This document shows, piece by piece, positions 12,801 to 22,449 of a DNA stretch of 64,000 nucleotides; within the stretch, counting starts at the first letter, position 1, and each line of letters starts with the position of its first letter. Origin of the DNA: Thecamonas trahens ATCC 50062 (taxonomy: Eukaryota > Protista > Apusomonadida); assembly GCF_000142905.1 (NCBI RefSeq), contig NW_013657621.1, positions 143,021 to 207,020 of the forward strand. Reading direction: 5' to 3'. Under the pieces are notes generated by a model. That model was not told the DNA's origin and searched no databases. It saw only the letters and a program-made list of their open reading frames with translations. Made by a program: the position numbers and the translations under genes.

Positions 12801-15800
12801 GAGCGACGGGTCCGGTGGTGCGCTGGCGGTGCTGGCCGGCGTGGCGGTGTCTGCGAACAACACGCGGTTTGTGGGCAACAGCGCGGGCGTAGGCGGTGGC
12901 GCAGTGGCCTTGCTGGAGATCGAGGCGACGCTTGTTGGGCGTGGCCTCGAGTTTGACGGAAACGTGGCTGCCGGTGGGCTCGAGGCCGGCGGTGGCGGCG
13001 GCGCGGTGGCTGTGGTCGGCTCGCGGACGGTGCTTGTGCTGGAGAGCGGATCGCGGGTTGTGAACAACACAGCGAGTCGCGGATGCGGCGGTGGCGTGCT
13101 TGTCCGTAGCTCGGCGTCGCAGGCGCGGGTCTCGCTGCTGGCAACCGCGCTGGTGGGCAATGCAGCGGGCGTGGCTGGCGGAGCGGTAGCGACCCGCGCC
13201 GCGCCGCAGTCGGGCGCTAGCGTGGTGCTGGGCACCGGCAGCTCTGTGGCTCGCTCGCGGGCGACGTTTGGCGGCGCGCTTGCAGCTGTGAGCTCGGCGT
13301 ATCCGTGGCCGAGCTCGTCGTCGCTCGCGAGTGTGGCACGCGGCTTGGCGACGAGCGCAGTTCCGAGCATTGCGTCGATTGCGTTGGTTGACGGCGTAGA
13401 GGTCGGCGAGGCAGAAGCACCCTTTGGCAGTCTTGTGTTTGTCTGCGACGCGGTGATTGAGCTCTCCGGGAGCGTGTTGGCGCCTCGCTCACCTAGTTCC
13501 GGCGGCAGCGCGTTGGCTTGCGCGGCGAGCGGGGTCAACGCGCCAGCGCCACCCAGCGGCTGGCTTGTCGAGTCCGGTATCGGAGCGAGCTTGCTGCGCG
13601 TGACGCCGCCGACGGCGCTTGTCCCAGATCCGGGTACATTTCCACCAGCGACGGTCTCTGGCTCCCTGTTGGGGGCCGGAAGCATGGGCGTGTTTGACAG
13701 CTATGGCCAGCGAGTCCGCGACCAGACGCTGGTACTGTTCGCGACGTCAGCAACAGCTGGAGTCGAGGCGAACGGTCTGGAGACTGGGACCGCCGTCAGC
13801 AGCGTGACCGGGAGCGGGGGCCTCGGCGTGCTGCGACTGAGCGCACTGGCGGAGACAATCGGGGACGCACGCGGCGGGCTGCCGAGTGCGATCCAAGTAC
13901 GACTCAGCGGAGCGGTCGGTAGTGAGCCGCCGACAGCGGCAGTGACGGTCAACGTCACGCTCTGCCCGATCGGGTTTGGGGCGGTGTCTTCACCCGGGGC
14001 GGTACTCGAGTGCGGCGCGTGTTCGGACGGGTCGGCGTCGGCGACTGTGTCTGCCGAGCCGTGCGTGGCTGTTCCACCGTGCCCAGCAAACACGTTGCGG
14101 CTGGCCACGACCAACGCCACGGTGGTGGCGCCGTGTCTATGTAAGGAGCGGTTCTGGAGCCCATCGAAACAGGCTGATGTGGAGTGCATAGCGTGCCCGC
14201 GTGGCGGGCTGTGCGATGGTGGGCTGGCGGCGCCTCGGGCTGCGCCCGGGTTCTTCCCCGACGCCACGGATCCGGCGCTCTTTGTCTCGTGCCCGCGGGC
14301 AGAGGCGTGTTTGGGTGACGGGCTGTGTGCATCGGGTTACCGTGCGCGGCTGTGTGCCGAGTGCGAGTCGGACTACTTTAAGCTGTCTGGCTCGTGTCGG
14401 CGGTGTCAGCCTGAGCGCAACGTGGCAATTGTGTTGCTTCTCCTTGCGGGTGTGCTGATGGTGACGACGGTCCTGCTGGGGTTCAATCTCGCCGAGAGTT
14501 TGCGGTACAAGTTTGCAGCGGCGATGATCGGGCTCAATGCGCTGCAGATTTCTGCCATCTACGGCTCGCTCGACTTTGACTGGGGTGAGCTGGCGACGCT
14601 GTACTTTGACATTGCGTCTGCGGTGAACCTCAACGTAGAGCTGACGAGTCCCGAGTGCGCGTCGGCGTCGGGCACCGACGTCTGGGTTCTCAAGTGGGTG
14701 CTCACACTCCTGCTGCCTCTCTTTGCGGCGATCGTGCTTGTGCCGGTCTGTGGCGTGTTTGCCGGGCTCATTGTCGGCAACGTGTGGTGGCTTGGGAAGA
14801 AGAATCTGGACCAGCTGCGCGGAGCGGCCGGGCGGACGCTCTTCCAGATGATTGTCTTGCTGTACTTGCCGCTGACAAGCGCGTCGCTGGCGCCGTTTGG
14901 CTGCCGCAAGGAGGAGACCGGGCGGTGGGTGCTCGACGCGGATCCAGTGCGGAGCTGCTACAACGAGGCGTGGTGGGGCGGGTTGTTTGTGCCAGGTGTG
15001 TTGGCGACGGCTGTGTACGCGGTGGGGCTACCTGCGGGCGTGGCGATTCTGCTCTCGCGGCGGCGGGCGGCGCTCGATCCGATCTCCTTTGTCCTCCGCT
15101 TCGGCTTTCTTGTGGGGCGGTTTGCCGACGAGGCGTGGTGGTTTGAGGTGGCGATCATGCTCCGCAAGCTCGGTGTTGTGGTCTGCATGACAGCCTTTTT
15201 CTCGAGCGAGGGCAAAGCGTCTGCGGCGGTGCTTGTGCTTGTCGGCTCACTCGGGCAGCTGGTGTATCTGCGGCCGTACCGGTCGACGCTGCACAACCGG
15301 TTGGCGGTGGTTGTTCTCGCTGCGGCATCGCTCATTCTGTACACCGGCATGCTCGACGCGCGGACGCTGCGGATGATAGGAGTGACGATCGGGGTCGTCA
15401 CCATTGTTGCGGCAATTGTAGTCGGCAACGGGCTCGACCTCTACCTCATGGCGCGGCGCGAGAAGGAGATTGAGGAGGATGAGTACTTCAGCTCGGGAAC
15501 GTTTCACATGCACGACGGCGGCGAAGTTGAGCTTGGTGGGCTCGGGATGGTGCATTCGATCTCGGGCACCGAGCTCCATAACATGCAGGCGTCGAGCGTG
15601 GACATTGGGTCGACGCTCTCGACCGCCCCGCTCGTCGAGTCGGCTGCGCCTGCTGCGGCCGGGATGTTTGACTCGCCGCCGACCGAGCCCGAGCCGCCTC
15701 CGGCCCTGCTCTCGTTCAGGCTGCCGCCGCCGATGCCGCATTCGGTGACGTCTTTGGCGCAGCAGTTTGACTCGGTGGATGCAAACAGGTCAAACATCGC

Positions 15801-16281
15801 CACCGGCGGCTCAGTCTCGTCGACGCCGACGGCCACCGTGGCGATGGCGACCCACGGCGCGCTCGGAACCATCGATCTCGAGTCTTGCGAGTCGGAGACG
15901 GCGCCGCTGTACTCGGTCACTGCTGGCGTGACCCACGCCGAGCTGTCGGATGCCGGCGAGCTGTGCCGACCGCTCGACACGGGACCTACTGCATTGGCGT
16001 CTGCCACCTCGTCAGGCGACTCGTCGTCATCGGGCGCCGACACGCAGGCGTCGACAACATGCGCGGCGACAACGTGCGGCTCGGTGACTGCGCCGTTTGC
16101 GTCGATGAATGACCGTCCACATGTGGCCAGCACGACCGCCAGCACGACCGCCAGCACGACCGCGGGCACCACCACCAGCTCTTCCACCGCCGACCGCCGG
16201 CGAGCCGGAACCACGTCAACAGTATGCAGCACGAACTCGAGCTCAAGCTCGAGCGCAAGCGCAACCACAAGCACATCGTGA
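9835..16281 (+). CDS. Giant surface protein: 14 FG-GAP/VCBS-like repeats, Pmp-like beta-helix, Cys-rich region, about 9-TM TRP/FLC-like membrane domain
   Basis: 14 DxDGDGxxD Ca-binding repeats and GGA(V/L)..F..N repeats. CxxC-rich region (CIACPRGGLC, CASGYRARLCAEC). About 9 hydrophobic segments with WWFEVAIMLRK and LRPY..HN motifs. Alternative in-frame ATG at 9709. Confidence 0.88.
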   Translation: MAVVLAFLCQAPMAEASCVSPLLAPAPAWPLAGDASFGPSPLAVMPDIPACLPEREAIAVVATTSADGVTGVRLVDINNDGALDVISYEELDDSISLFLNQGMGAGLAPRAVIGPPSPPIEYDRPRSVAFGDIDGDSLVDMASASQVDDAVGWTRNLGSGLFGSRNVVSPAADGASGVALADLDGDGDLDLAACSANDDSVRWWRNVDGKGNFVFVQLVSAATDGAADIAAVDVNADGDVDLVVVSSNDNKLAWFANNGSYFGTERIISATLAKPVALAVGDMNGDGVLDLVVAFESANTVAWFANSHPAPGSFSSPLPITTSALSVRGVAVGDLDTDGDLDVALASDGDQTVAWFANADGRGTFATSPRVVTTAYAGPRDVAIGDIDGDGKADLAAVFRTADTVAWFPHAVVPGSFAAGPTSIATALDGVGAVVLGDLDADGDLDLVTASPGELGVAWRANIDGDAVAWSSPRSVAPSPPGTHALALADLDADGDLDLVLGSSEPGAAALGYALNVDGVGGFAPVVALAWSANATGGLALADYDLDGDVDIAVFDSSGTTLVVLLNRGGDDGFGPELAVDTTGSDIAALVAADLNNDALPDLVAAHAGAGAVLWYAASNGAGLAFVAAAVVANTDVAGASALAIGDVDGNGALDVIVGATTDTTIAWYANAGNGAFALGATVDAGASDVAVLATADLDADGELDIVAGRGGVVNTMAMYANTGNGTSFAAASVLVAGVTQPTAVLVADIDGDGDRDLVYTSAGADLVAWLPQTSRTAFADYLPQQHGLARDDPACAVTSSFACVTASLGRLSRCVRDTLVLPTGSYGCRRDAHALVTRPIAVASADCAAPAVFNCTARGGGVLFRALAHPSAGVPTVGDLELQGVSLVRLGTAQVSPFGAPGLRAEGAGARLALVNASVSDATSTVRPGVFFFDEGIGGAVLVDDGATFVSHRTLWARCTSSRFGGAVALRRAGTTAVVSDSVFTSCASDGSGGALAVLAGVAVSANNTRFVGNSAGVGGGAVALLEIEATLVGRGLEFDGNVAAGGLEAGGGGGAVAVVGSRTVLVLESGSRVVNNTASRGCGGGVLVRSSASQARVSLLATALVGNAAGVAGGAVATRAAPQSGASVVLGTGSSVARSRATFGGALAAVSSAYPWPSSSSLASVARGLATSAVPSIASIALVDGVEVGEAEAPFGSLVFVCDAVIELSGSVLAPRSPSSGGSALACAASGVNAPAPPSGWLVESGIGASLLRVTPPTALVPDPGTFPPATVSGSLLGAGSMGVFDSYGQRVRDQTLVLFATSATAGVEANGLETGTAVSSVTGSGGLGVLRLSALAETIGDARGGLPSAIQVRLSGAVGSEPPTAAVTVNVTLCPIGFGAVSSPGAVLECGACSDGSASATVSAEPCVAVPPCPANTLRLATTNATVVAPCLCKERFWSPSKQADVECIACPRGGLCDGGLAAPRAAPGFFPDATDPALFVSCPRAEACLGDGLCASGYRARLCAECESDYFKLSGSCRRCQPERNVAIVLLLLAGVLMVTTVLLGFNLAESLRYKFAAAMIGLNALQISAIYGSLDFDWGELATLYFDIASAVNLNVELTSPECASASGTDVWVLKWVLTLLLPLFAAIVLVPVCGVFAGLIVGNVWWLGKKNLDQLRGAAGRTLFQMIVLLYLPLTSASLAPFGCRKEETGRWVLDADPVRSCYNEAWWGGLFVPGVLATAVYAVGLPAGVAILLSRRRAALDPISFVLRFGFLVGRFADEAWWFEVAIMLRKLGVVVCMTAFFSSEGKASAAVLVLVGSLGQLVYLRPYRSTLHNRLAVVVLAAASLILYTGMLDARTLRMIGVTIGVVTIVAAIVVGNGLDLYLMARREKEIEEDEYFSSGTFHMHDGGEVELGGLGMVHSISGTELHNMQASSVDIGSTLSTAPLVESAAPAAAGMFDSPPTEPEPPPALLSFRLPPPMPHSVTSLAQQFDSVDANRSNIATGGSVSSTPTATVAMATHGALGTIDLESCESETAPLYSVTAGVTHAELSDAGELCRPLDTGPTALASATSSGDSSSSGADTQASTTCAATTCGSVTAPFASMNDRPHVASTTASTTASTTAGTTTSSSTADRRRAGTTSTVCSTNSSSSSSASATTSTS

Positions 16282-16300
16282 CGGCGAGGACCTTTGGGGC

Positions 16301-16537
16301 ATGGCCAACGATTAATGGGGGAATGACATGGCCAACGATTAATGGGGGAATGACATGGCCAACGATTAATGGGGGAATGACATGGCCAACGATTGGCCAA
16401 CGATAAATGGGGGAATGGCCAACGATAAATGGGGGCATGGCCAACGATTAATGGGGGAATGGCCAACGATTAATGGGGGAATGACATGGCCAACGATTAA
16501 TGGGGGAATGACATGGCCAACGATTATTGGGGGCATG
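16301..16537. repeat. Imperfect tandem repeat, 22-27-bp unit ATGGCCAACGATTAATGGGGGA(ATGAC), about 10 copies
   Basis: Directly visible, intergenic between the FG-GAP gene stop and the PH-protein start. Confidence 0.93.
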
Positions 16538-16697
16538 ACCAGGAGCAAAGGGGGAGGGGGGAGGAGAGCGTGTTGGTGGTGACGGGCACGGGCACGGGTG
16601 CACGCACCTGACCCACCCATTAACCCCCCCCCCCCCCCTCTCCTTCCCCCTCCTTCCCTTCCCGTGTTCGTTCTGTGTGTGCAAGTGTGTGGCCACC

Positions 16698-18926
16698 ATG
16701 AGCGAGACCGGCAGCAGCAGCAGCAGCAGCAGCAGCCGCAACGACGGCAGCAATGGCGATTTGTGCAACGGTGGCAACATGCGCAGTGATGGCAATGGTG
16801 GGGCCAGAGGTGGTAATGCTGGTGGTGGCGACTCGTGGGAGTCGACCAACTCGGATGATTCGGGCGCAGGCACTGCTGTCGAGGTTGATGATAGTGATGA
16901 TGATGGCCGGAGAGGCAGTGTGGTGGACGTGGAGACGATCGGTGGGAGCAACCATGGCGGTGGCTCGGCTCCTGCGAGGCGGTTTACCGAGACTGGGACG
17001 CTGGTACTGGACGATGTGGATACCTCTTCGCGGCGGAAGAGAGCGAGGAGGAAGGGCCGGGCCAAGACGTATGACGCAGGCGTGCCGTCGCCCAAGGCCG
17101 AGACGGCGACTGCGTCGTCGGGGCTGGGCTTTGGGCTTGGCACCAGCGACGCGAATCGGAGCGGATGGACCGAGTCTGGTACGCTTGTGGCCGCACGGTC
17201 GACGCTGGGCGAACCGCCTCGGGTCCGTGACGAGCAGGCTGCCATCGACGCACTGATGGCGCTGGACAAGGTCCAGCTCGCCGCCCGGGTGGTGGCGGCC
17301 GAGGCTCGGCTGAGCGAGGTACTCATTCTAGTGGACAACATGCGGGCGGAAATGCTGGCGCGGCAGGGAATCGACGCCGAGGACGCGCGGGCTCACACGG
17401 CGGGCGCGCCGCTTGCGCGAGCCAAGACCGACGTGGCGCTGATGGGCAGCGACGAGACAGGAAGCCCCGAGCGCAGCGGGAGCTCCGCGCCTGTAACTCC
17501 GCGGAGCCCGACGTCGCCACAGGCGGCGACCGACGGCTTGCTTCCGGCATCTGCAGCTGCTGCAGACTCGACGTACGCGTCGTGGCTACAGAAGCGCGAC
17601 CCGATCACCGGGCTCTGGTCACGGTTCTACGTTGTGTTCCACGGAGAGGAGCGAACGCTCTCGTACTATGCGCACGAGAAGGCGCCGGTCCGGCTGGGGC
17701 GGTTTGTCTTTCAGGAGCTTCCGCTCAAGGTGGTGTACGGGGCCGATGTGCTTGGCGAGCTCGACGAGGACATCCCGTATTGCTTTGGGCTCTCGTGCAA
17801 CTCGCGCCTCTTGCATGTGTTCTCGGCGGTGACCGGGGTGGATTTGCTCAACTGGTGCGCGGCGCTGGGCCAGGTGTGCGCCGGGGTAGAGGCGAACGCA
17901 GTGGCGTTGCCGGGCACGGAAGCCGACACCGAGGCTGCGCTGAACGCGTTGGTGGCGTCTGTGTTCTTTCTCCGCCGGCGGGCGCAGTACCTGTCGACTG
18001 TGGCGCGCAAAGGCAAGCTGATGTGGGGTCAACAGCTGGCGGTGTTGTACAACTTTCGGTTGTACTTTTTCGAGAGCGACGAGGACATCAAGCCGATTGA
18101 GTCGGTGTGTATTGTCGGCTACTCGGTCAGGCCGCTCACTTCGGAACGAGCGCGGCCGAACTCGTTCCGCATCTCGCACCCGGGCCTTCCCTCGTATACA
18201 CTCGCCGTTGACTCGCGGCGGAAGCTCGCCACCTGGGTCGGCGCCCTCACTTCTGCTGCCAATCTCCAGCGGCAGTGGTTCATTGAGGGCAACGAGGAGT
18301 TTGACCGGCGAGCGGCGCCGGCAACGTCCCAGGTCCATGTCTCGATCAAGCTCGACAAGGAGGTCATCCGCAAGCCGTCGCGGCCGCGGGCGGCGACTGA
18401 TGCGCAGGCGGTGGCGGCGGCAGCGGCAGCCGACGGCCCGCTGCCCGACGATGGGCAGGACGGCGGCGGGGCCGGTACCAGCAGCGATGTGGCCGATGGC
18501 CTTGCCAACGTCCGCTCGCGGCTCACCCGCGGGAGTTCGATCTCGGAGCGGCGCAAGCGGCTGATCCGGAGACGGTCGGCGGTCTCGCGGGCGCTTTCCA
18601 TCGCCGAGCTCAAGGACCGCATGAGCTCCAAGCTGCTGGCGGCATACAAGTTCCGCTCGTCGCTCTCCATCGACGATGTCGTCAACATGCTCCGCGAGTT
18701 CCACGGCCTCCCGCTGCTGCGCGACGAGCGCAAGACCGGATTCGAGACGCCGTCGGACGACGAGTACGAGTATGCCACTGCGTCCGATGACGACAGCTCG
18801 GGCGATTCCGATAACGGGACCATGGTGCTCACCTCGACGCCGCGCTCGCCGGCATGGTCGCCTCTGTCGAGTCCCGCGGCGGCCAGCACGGGCTCTGGCG
18901 GCAAGAGCAGCGACGGCGATGCGTAA
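16698..18926 (+). CDS. Tandem PH-domain protein with an N-terminal coiled coil
   Basis: GCCACCATG start context. PH1: WLQKRDPITGLWSRFYVVF..LSYY..DLLNWCAAL. PH2: LMWGQQLAVLYNFRLYFF..NSFRISHP..LATWVGAL. Confidence 0.85.
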   Translation: MSETGSSSSSSSSRNDGSNGDLCNGGNMRSDGNGGARGGNAGGGDSWESTNSDDSGAGTAVEVDDSDDDGRRGSVVDVETIGGSNHGGGSAPARRFTETGTLVLDDVDTSSRRKRARRKGRAKTYDAGVPSPKAETATASSGLGFGLGTSDANRSGWTESGTLVAARSTLGEPPRVRDEQAAIDALMALDKVQLAARVVAAEARLSEVLILVDNMRAEMLARQGIDAEDARAHTAGAPLARAKTDVALMGSDETGSPERSGSSAPVTPRSPTSPQAATDGLLPASAAAADSTYASWLQKRDPITGLWSRFYVVFHGEERTLSYYAHEKAPVRLGRFVFQELPLKVVYGADVLGELDEDIPYCFGLSCNSRLLHVFSAVTGVDLLNWCAALGQVCAGVEANAVALPGTEADTEAALNALVASVFFLRRRAQYLSTVARKGKLMWGQQLAVLYNFRLYFFESDEDIKPIESVCIVGYSVRPLTSERARPNSFRISHPGLPSYTLAVDSRRKLATWVGALTSAANLQRQWFIEGNEEFDRRAAPATSQVHVSIKLDKEVIRKPSRPRAATDAQAVAAAAAADGPLPDDGQDGGGAGTSSDVADGLANVRSRLTRGSSISERRKRLIRRRSAVSRALSIAELKDRMSSKLLAAYKFRSSLSIDDVVNMLREFHGLPLLRDERKTGFETPSDDEYEYATASDDDSSGDSDNGTMVLTSTPRSPAWSPLSSPAAASTGSGGKSSDGDA

Positions 18927-18957
18927 ACAGGAGGAGCGAGACTCATCGCATGATGTG

Positions 18958-19575
18958 TTATGTGGTGGTGGTGACCGCTGTGGTACCTTCAGGCGAGACC
19001 AGGGTGTGCGCGGCGAGGGCGGCAAGCTTCTTCTGCTGCCCGAGGATCTGGCTGTAGGTGGCGACAAGGAGGTTACGGCTCTGCTCCTGCGCGTTGAGCA
19101 GCTCGTCCTCGGTCTCTTTGACCATCCTGAGCAGGACCATCTCCTCGACGGACATGCTCGGCGCATCAAGCAGCATCCGTTTGCGCTTCTCAGTCCGGCT
19201 TGTGTACTCGTCGTCATCGGCATCACCGCTGCTATCGTTGTCATTGTCATTGTCGTCGCGTCGCCGCTTTGGCCGCGGTGTCGCATCAGGCGACGTTGAT
19301 GAGCGCTGCTGCCGCCGCTTTGGCTGCGGCGTCACCGCCGTCGCCGCCTTGTCCTTGCGCGAATTTTTGCCGGCATCCGATACTGCAGTTCCGCCACTTG
19401 TACATGCCCTGCGTGGTCTTCCACGAGATGGTTGTGATCGAGTGGTTGAGGCGGTAGCGGAGGTGATGGTGGTGGTGGTGGTGGTCGCGGGCGTGGTGGA
19501 GGTGGAGGTGGCGGTCCGGGCTGCTTCTGCTGCTTCTTCTTCTGCTGCTGCTGAGCGGGTACGGCGGGCGGGCAT
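18958..19575 (-). CDS. Hypothetical basic low-complexity protein with a C-terminal coiled coil
   Basis: ATG at 19575 (MPARRTRS...), NLS-like PKRRR motifs, and heptad-like EEMVLLRMVKETEDELLNAQEQSRNLL. Confidence 0.6.
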   Translation of the reverse strand: MPARRTRSAAAEEEAAEAARTATSTSTTPATTTTTTITSATASTTRSQPSRGRPRRACTSGGTAVSDAGKNSRKDKAATAVTPQPKRRQQRSSTSPDATPRPKRRRDDNDNDNDSSGDADDDEYTSRTEKRKRMLLDAPSMSVEEMVLLRMVKETEDELLNAQEQSRNLLVATYSQILGQQKKLAALAAHTLVSPEGTTAVTTTT

Positions 19576-19683
19576 GGATGGAGCGGTTGGGCTGGTCTCT
19601 GGTGGCGGATGGGGGAGGGGGATGGGGGGGGTGGGGGGTGGGGGAGGGGAAGTGGTCGAGTGTTGGGCGGTGACCGTTGGTTG

Positions 19684-19867
19684 ACGCAACGTTTGGCTAA
19701 TGGTTATGGAGGGTGAACGATAAACGCAACGTTTGGCTAATGGTTATGGAGGGTGAACGATAAACGCAACGTTTGGCTAATGGTTATGGAGGGTGAACGA
19801 TAAACGCAACGTTTGGCTAATGGTTATGGAGGGTGAACGATAAACGCAACGTTTGGCTAATGGTTAT
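19684..19867. repeat. Tandem repeat, exact 40-bp unit ACGCAACGTTTGGCTAATGGTTATGGAGGGTGAACGATAA, 4.6 copies
   Basis: Units start at 19684, 19724, 19764, 19804 and 19844, inside a divergent (bidirectional) intergenic region. Confidence 0.97.
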
Positions 19868-20036
19868 AGTGTTGCGGCACAGACCATCGATTATCCCATG
19901 TTCCCCGCAACGATTCCTCCCCTCGGCACCGTTGTAGGCAGTCCCCTCCCCCACCCCCCCTCCCCCCACCCCCGCACCCCTTCTCTCCCCCCTCTACCCC
20001 CTCACCACCACCACCACTACCACCATCACCACCACC

Positions 20037-22388
20037 ATGCACAGCCCCCAGAGTGCAGGACGCCTCACCCGGCGGGTGGGAGGGAGACGGAATGGCACAG
20101 CTGGGTCACCAAGGGGGACAGGGCGGCGAGCAGGCAGAGGAGCAGGCGGAGGAGCAGGCAGAGGAGCAGGCGGAGGAGCAGGCGGAGGAGTAGGCGGAGG
20201 AAGCCCCGGAGCAGGACGGGGTGGAGATCGGCTGAGTAGCAGTGAGCTGATGGCTACGCTCAATGCCTCTCCGTTGGCTACGATGAGCTCGAGAGATCGG
20301 GCCATTGCCGCACTCGGCATCGATGCTGCTCATCTCGTCTCCTTGCCTCGATCACACTTTGATGGTTCGGGCTTGGATCCGGCCATCATCCGCATGCGCA
20401 TCGAGTATCATGAGGAGAGGAAGCAGAGGCTGTTGGCTCTGGTTGAGGAAGAGGCAGAGCGATTGGATGCTGGCGGCACTGTCGGTGATCATACCTCGCC
20501 CATGTCGTCGCGGAGGTACCCGATGTCGCCTCCTAGGACCCCCATGGCGGCGACGGCAGCGTCAGCTGCGCCCGGCTCGGCAACGGCTGGGGATAGCACT
20601 CCAGGAAGAGGCTCGGCCAGAGGCACTCCGGCCAGCTCAATGCCTGGCACCCCGCTGGGCGGCGAGAGCACAGACGGCTCGCCGCGCCGATCGCTGCTGC
20701 GGTCGAGCCGTGGAGAGGTGACCATCCGGTCGCCGCAAGCAACGGCAGCGGCGGTGGCTGCCATCGATACCGAGGTGGCGGAGCAGTACGAGAAGCTGGT
20801 CGACAACGAGGCGCGGCGGCTGGCGGCGATCGAGCGGCGGATCGAGCGGAGCGTGGCGGCGCTGGAGCGGAGCGAGCAGATCCGCCGCGACATGGAGGAA
20901 AAGTTTGAGCGCAAGATGAAGCTCGAGGCCGAGCGGGTGGCTCGCCGCAAGCGCGAGCGCGAGGAGGCCAACGCCCGCCAGGCCGAGGCCCAGCGGCGGC
21001 GGACGGCCAAACAGGCGGATATCAACCGCCGGCGCGAGGCGCTGCTCGAGGCAAAGCGCGAGCAGGTCGAGGCTGCCGAAAAGCGGGCTGCCGAGCAGCG
21101 CGAGCTCGCGGCGGCGGCCGCCATGAAGCGAGTCGCCGACCAGGCAGCGCAGCACGAGCGCCACGCTCTCAAAGTTCGCGCCAACCTCGAGGCCGAGCGC
21201 CGGCGGCAGGAGGAGAAGCGGGCGGCGCGCGAGGCGCACGTCGCCGCCATCCGCAAGGCACAGGCCGAGCAGCAGTCGGAAAAGATCCGCGCCTCGCAGC
21301 GCGAGGCCAAGCGGAAGGAGCAACACCGCGCTGCAGTGGTTGCCCGCGCCGAGCGCGCTGCCCAGGATCGCATGGACCGGATGCTGCGGAAAGAGGCGGC
21401 GGTGAAGGAGCGGCTGGACTTGCTGGCGGCCGAGGCCGATGCCCGCAAGGCCGAGGCTGCGGCGGCACGGGCTGCGGCAGACGCAGCAGCAGCGGCGGCG
21501 CGCGCCGAGCTCGAGGCCGAGGAGCGGGCCCGCCAGGAAGAGCTGGCAGCCGAGATGGCCACCCGCGAGGCGGCCGCCGACGCCGCGCGCCGCCGGCAGG
21601 TCCAGGCCACGGTGGTCGAGCGCGAGGAGCGCCGGCTCAAGCGCCTCGCCCGCAAGGATCACGCCCGCATGATGCAGCGGCAAGAGGCGTTCCGCCGGGC
21701 GGTGCTCGCAGAGAAGACCCAACAGGAGGCCATCCTCGCCCAGTACATGGACGCCCGCAAGGCCGAGCTGCAGGCCGAGCGGGCGCGGATGCAGCACGAG
21801 GTCGAGAGACATGCCGCCCGTAAGCTCCGCCAGCTGCAGACGCAGCAAAAGGTGCGCCACCGGATCAAGGTGACCGAGCCAGCGGCACGTGCCGCCGTCA
21901 CCAGCGCCCGCACCCACGGGACCAGCGGCGCAGCGCACGGCAAGTCGAGTGCGGGCGCTGCCGGTGGCGGCTCGGCCCGCCGCCGCGGCACTCTCCTCTC
22001 GATGCTGACGACCAACCCGTCGGCACTCATCGAGCACACAACACACGACGGGCTCGGCGCTCAGCACTCTCCGGGTGGCGGCGGCGCTGCTGAGACTGCG
22101 GAGCTTACTTCGGCGGCGCACGCCCTTGAGACCATCATTCCACCCGACGTCCGGCGCTCAACCTATCGCCCGCCGTGGGCGCGGTCGCCGGCCGGCCGCA
22201 AGCCGACATCACCGGCGCACGCGCCCGGGAGCGGGCGGCCGGAGCGGCCGTCACCGCGGGCGCGCCGCGCCGCAGGGCCCGGGAGCCCAAGCCGGCCGAC
22301 GCACGCGACGAGGTCGGCGCGGGCCGACCTTGGCGCGTCGATGCAGCAGCTCGGCTCGTCGAACTTTGACCTCTCGGCAGGAGCATGA
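20037..22388 (+). CDS. Long coiled-coil protein, CCDC177/CCDC185-like
   Basis: 783-aa ORF with an E/R/A/K-rich coiled coil. The N-terminal motif AIAALGIDAAHLVSLPRSHF..IIRMRIEYHEERKQRLL resembles the CCDC177-family N-terminus. Confidence 0.7.
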   Translation: MHSPQSAGRLTRRVGGRRNGTAGSPRGTGRRAGRGAGGGAGRGAGGGAGGGVGGGSPGAGRGGDRLSSSELMATLNASPLATMSSRDRAIAALGIDAAHLVSLPRSHFDGSGLDPAIIRMRIEYHEERKQRLLALVEEEAERLDAGGTVGDHTSPMSSRRYPMSPPRTPMAATAASAAPGSATAGDSTPGRGSARGTPASSMPGTPLGGESTDGSPRRSLLRSSRGEVTIRSPQATAAAVAAIDTEVAEQYEKLVDNEARRLAAIERRIERSVAALERSEQIRRDMEEKFERKMKLEAERVARRKREREEANARQAEAQRRRTAKQADINRRREALLEAKREQVEAAEKRAAEQRELAAAAAMKRVADQAAQHERHALKVRANLEAERRRQEEKRAAREAHVAAIRKAQAEQQSEKIRASQREAKRKEQHRAAVVARAERAAQDRMDRMLRKEAAVKERLDLLAAEADARKAEAAAARAAADAAAAAARAELEAEERARQEELAAEMATREAAADAARRRQVQATVVEREERRLKRLARKDHARMMQRQEAFRRAVLAEKTQQEAILAQYMDARKAELQAERARMQHEVERHAARKLRQLQTQQKVRHRIKVTEPAARAAVTSARTHGTSGAAHGKSSAGAAGGGSARRRGTLLSMLTTNPSALIEHTTHDGLGAQHSPGGGGAAETAELTSAAHALETIIPPDVRRSTYRPPWARSPAGRKPTSPAHAPGSGRPERPSPRARRAAGPGSPSRPTHATRSARADLGASMQQLGSSNFDLSAGA

Positions 22389-22449
22389 GCGCCAGGCACT
22401 TGTGGATTTGGTGTTCCATGCCCAGGCGGCAGCGGTGACAACAACATGT

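Noticed and set aside
632-19867. Tandem arrays at 632, 16301 and 19684 as CRISPR arrays
   Set aside because: Units are head-to-tail with no unique spacers, there are no cas genes, and the context is eukaryotic.
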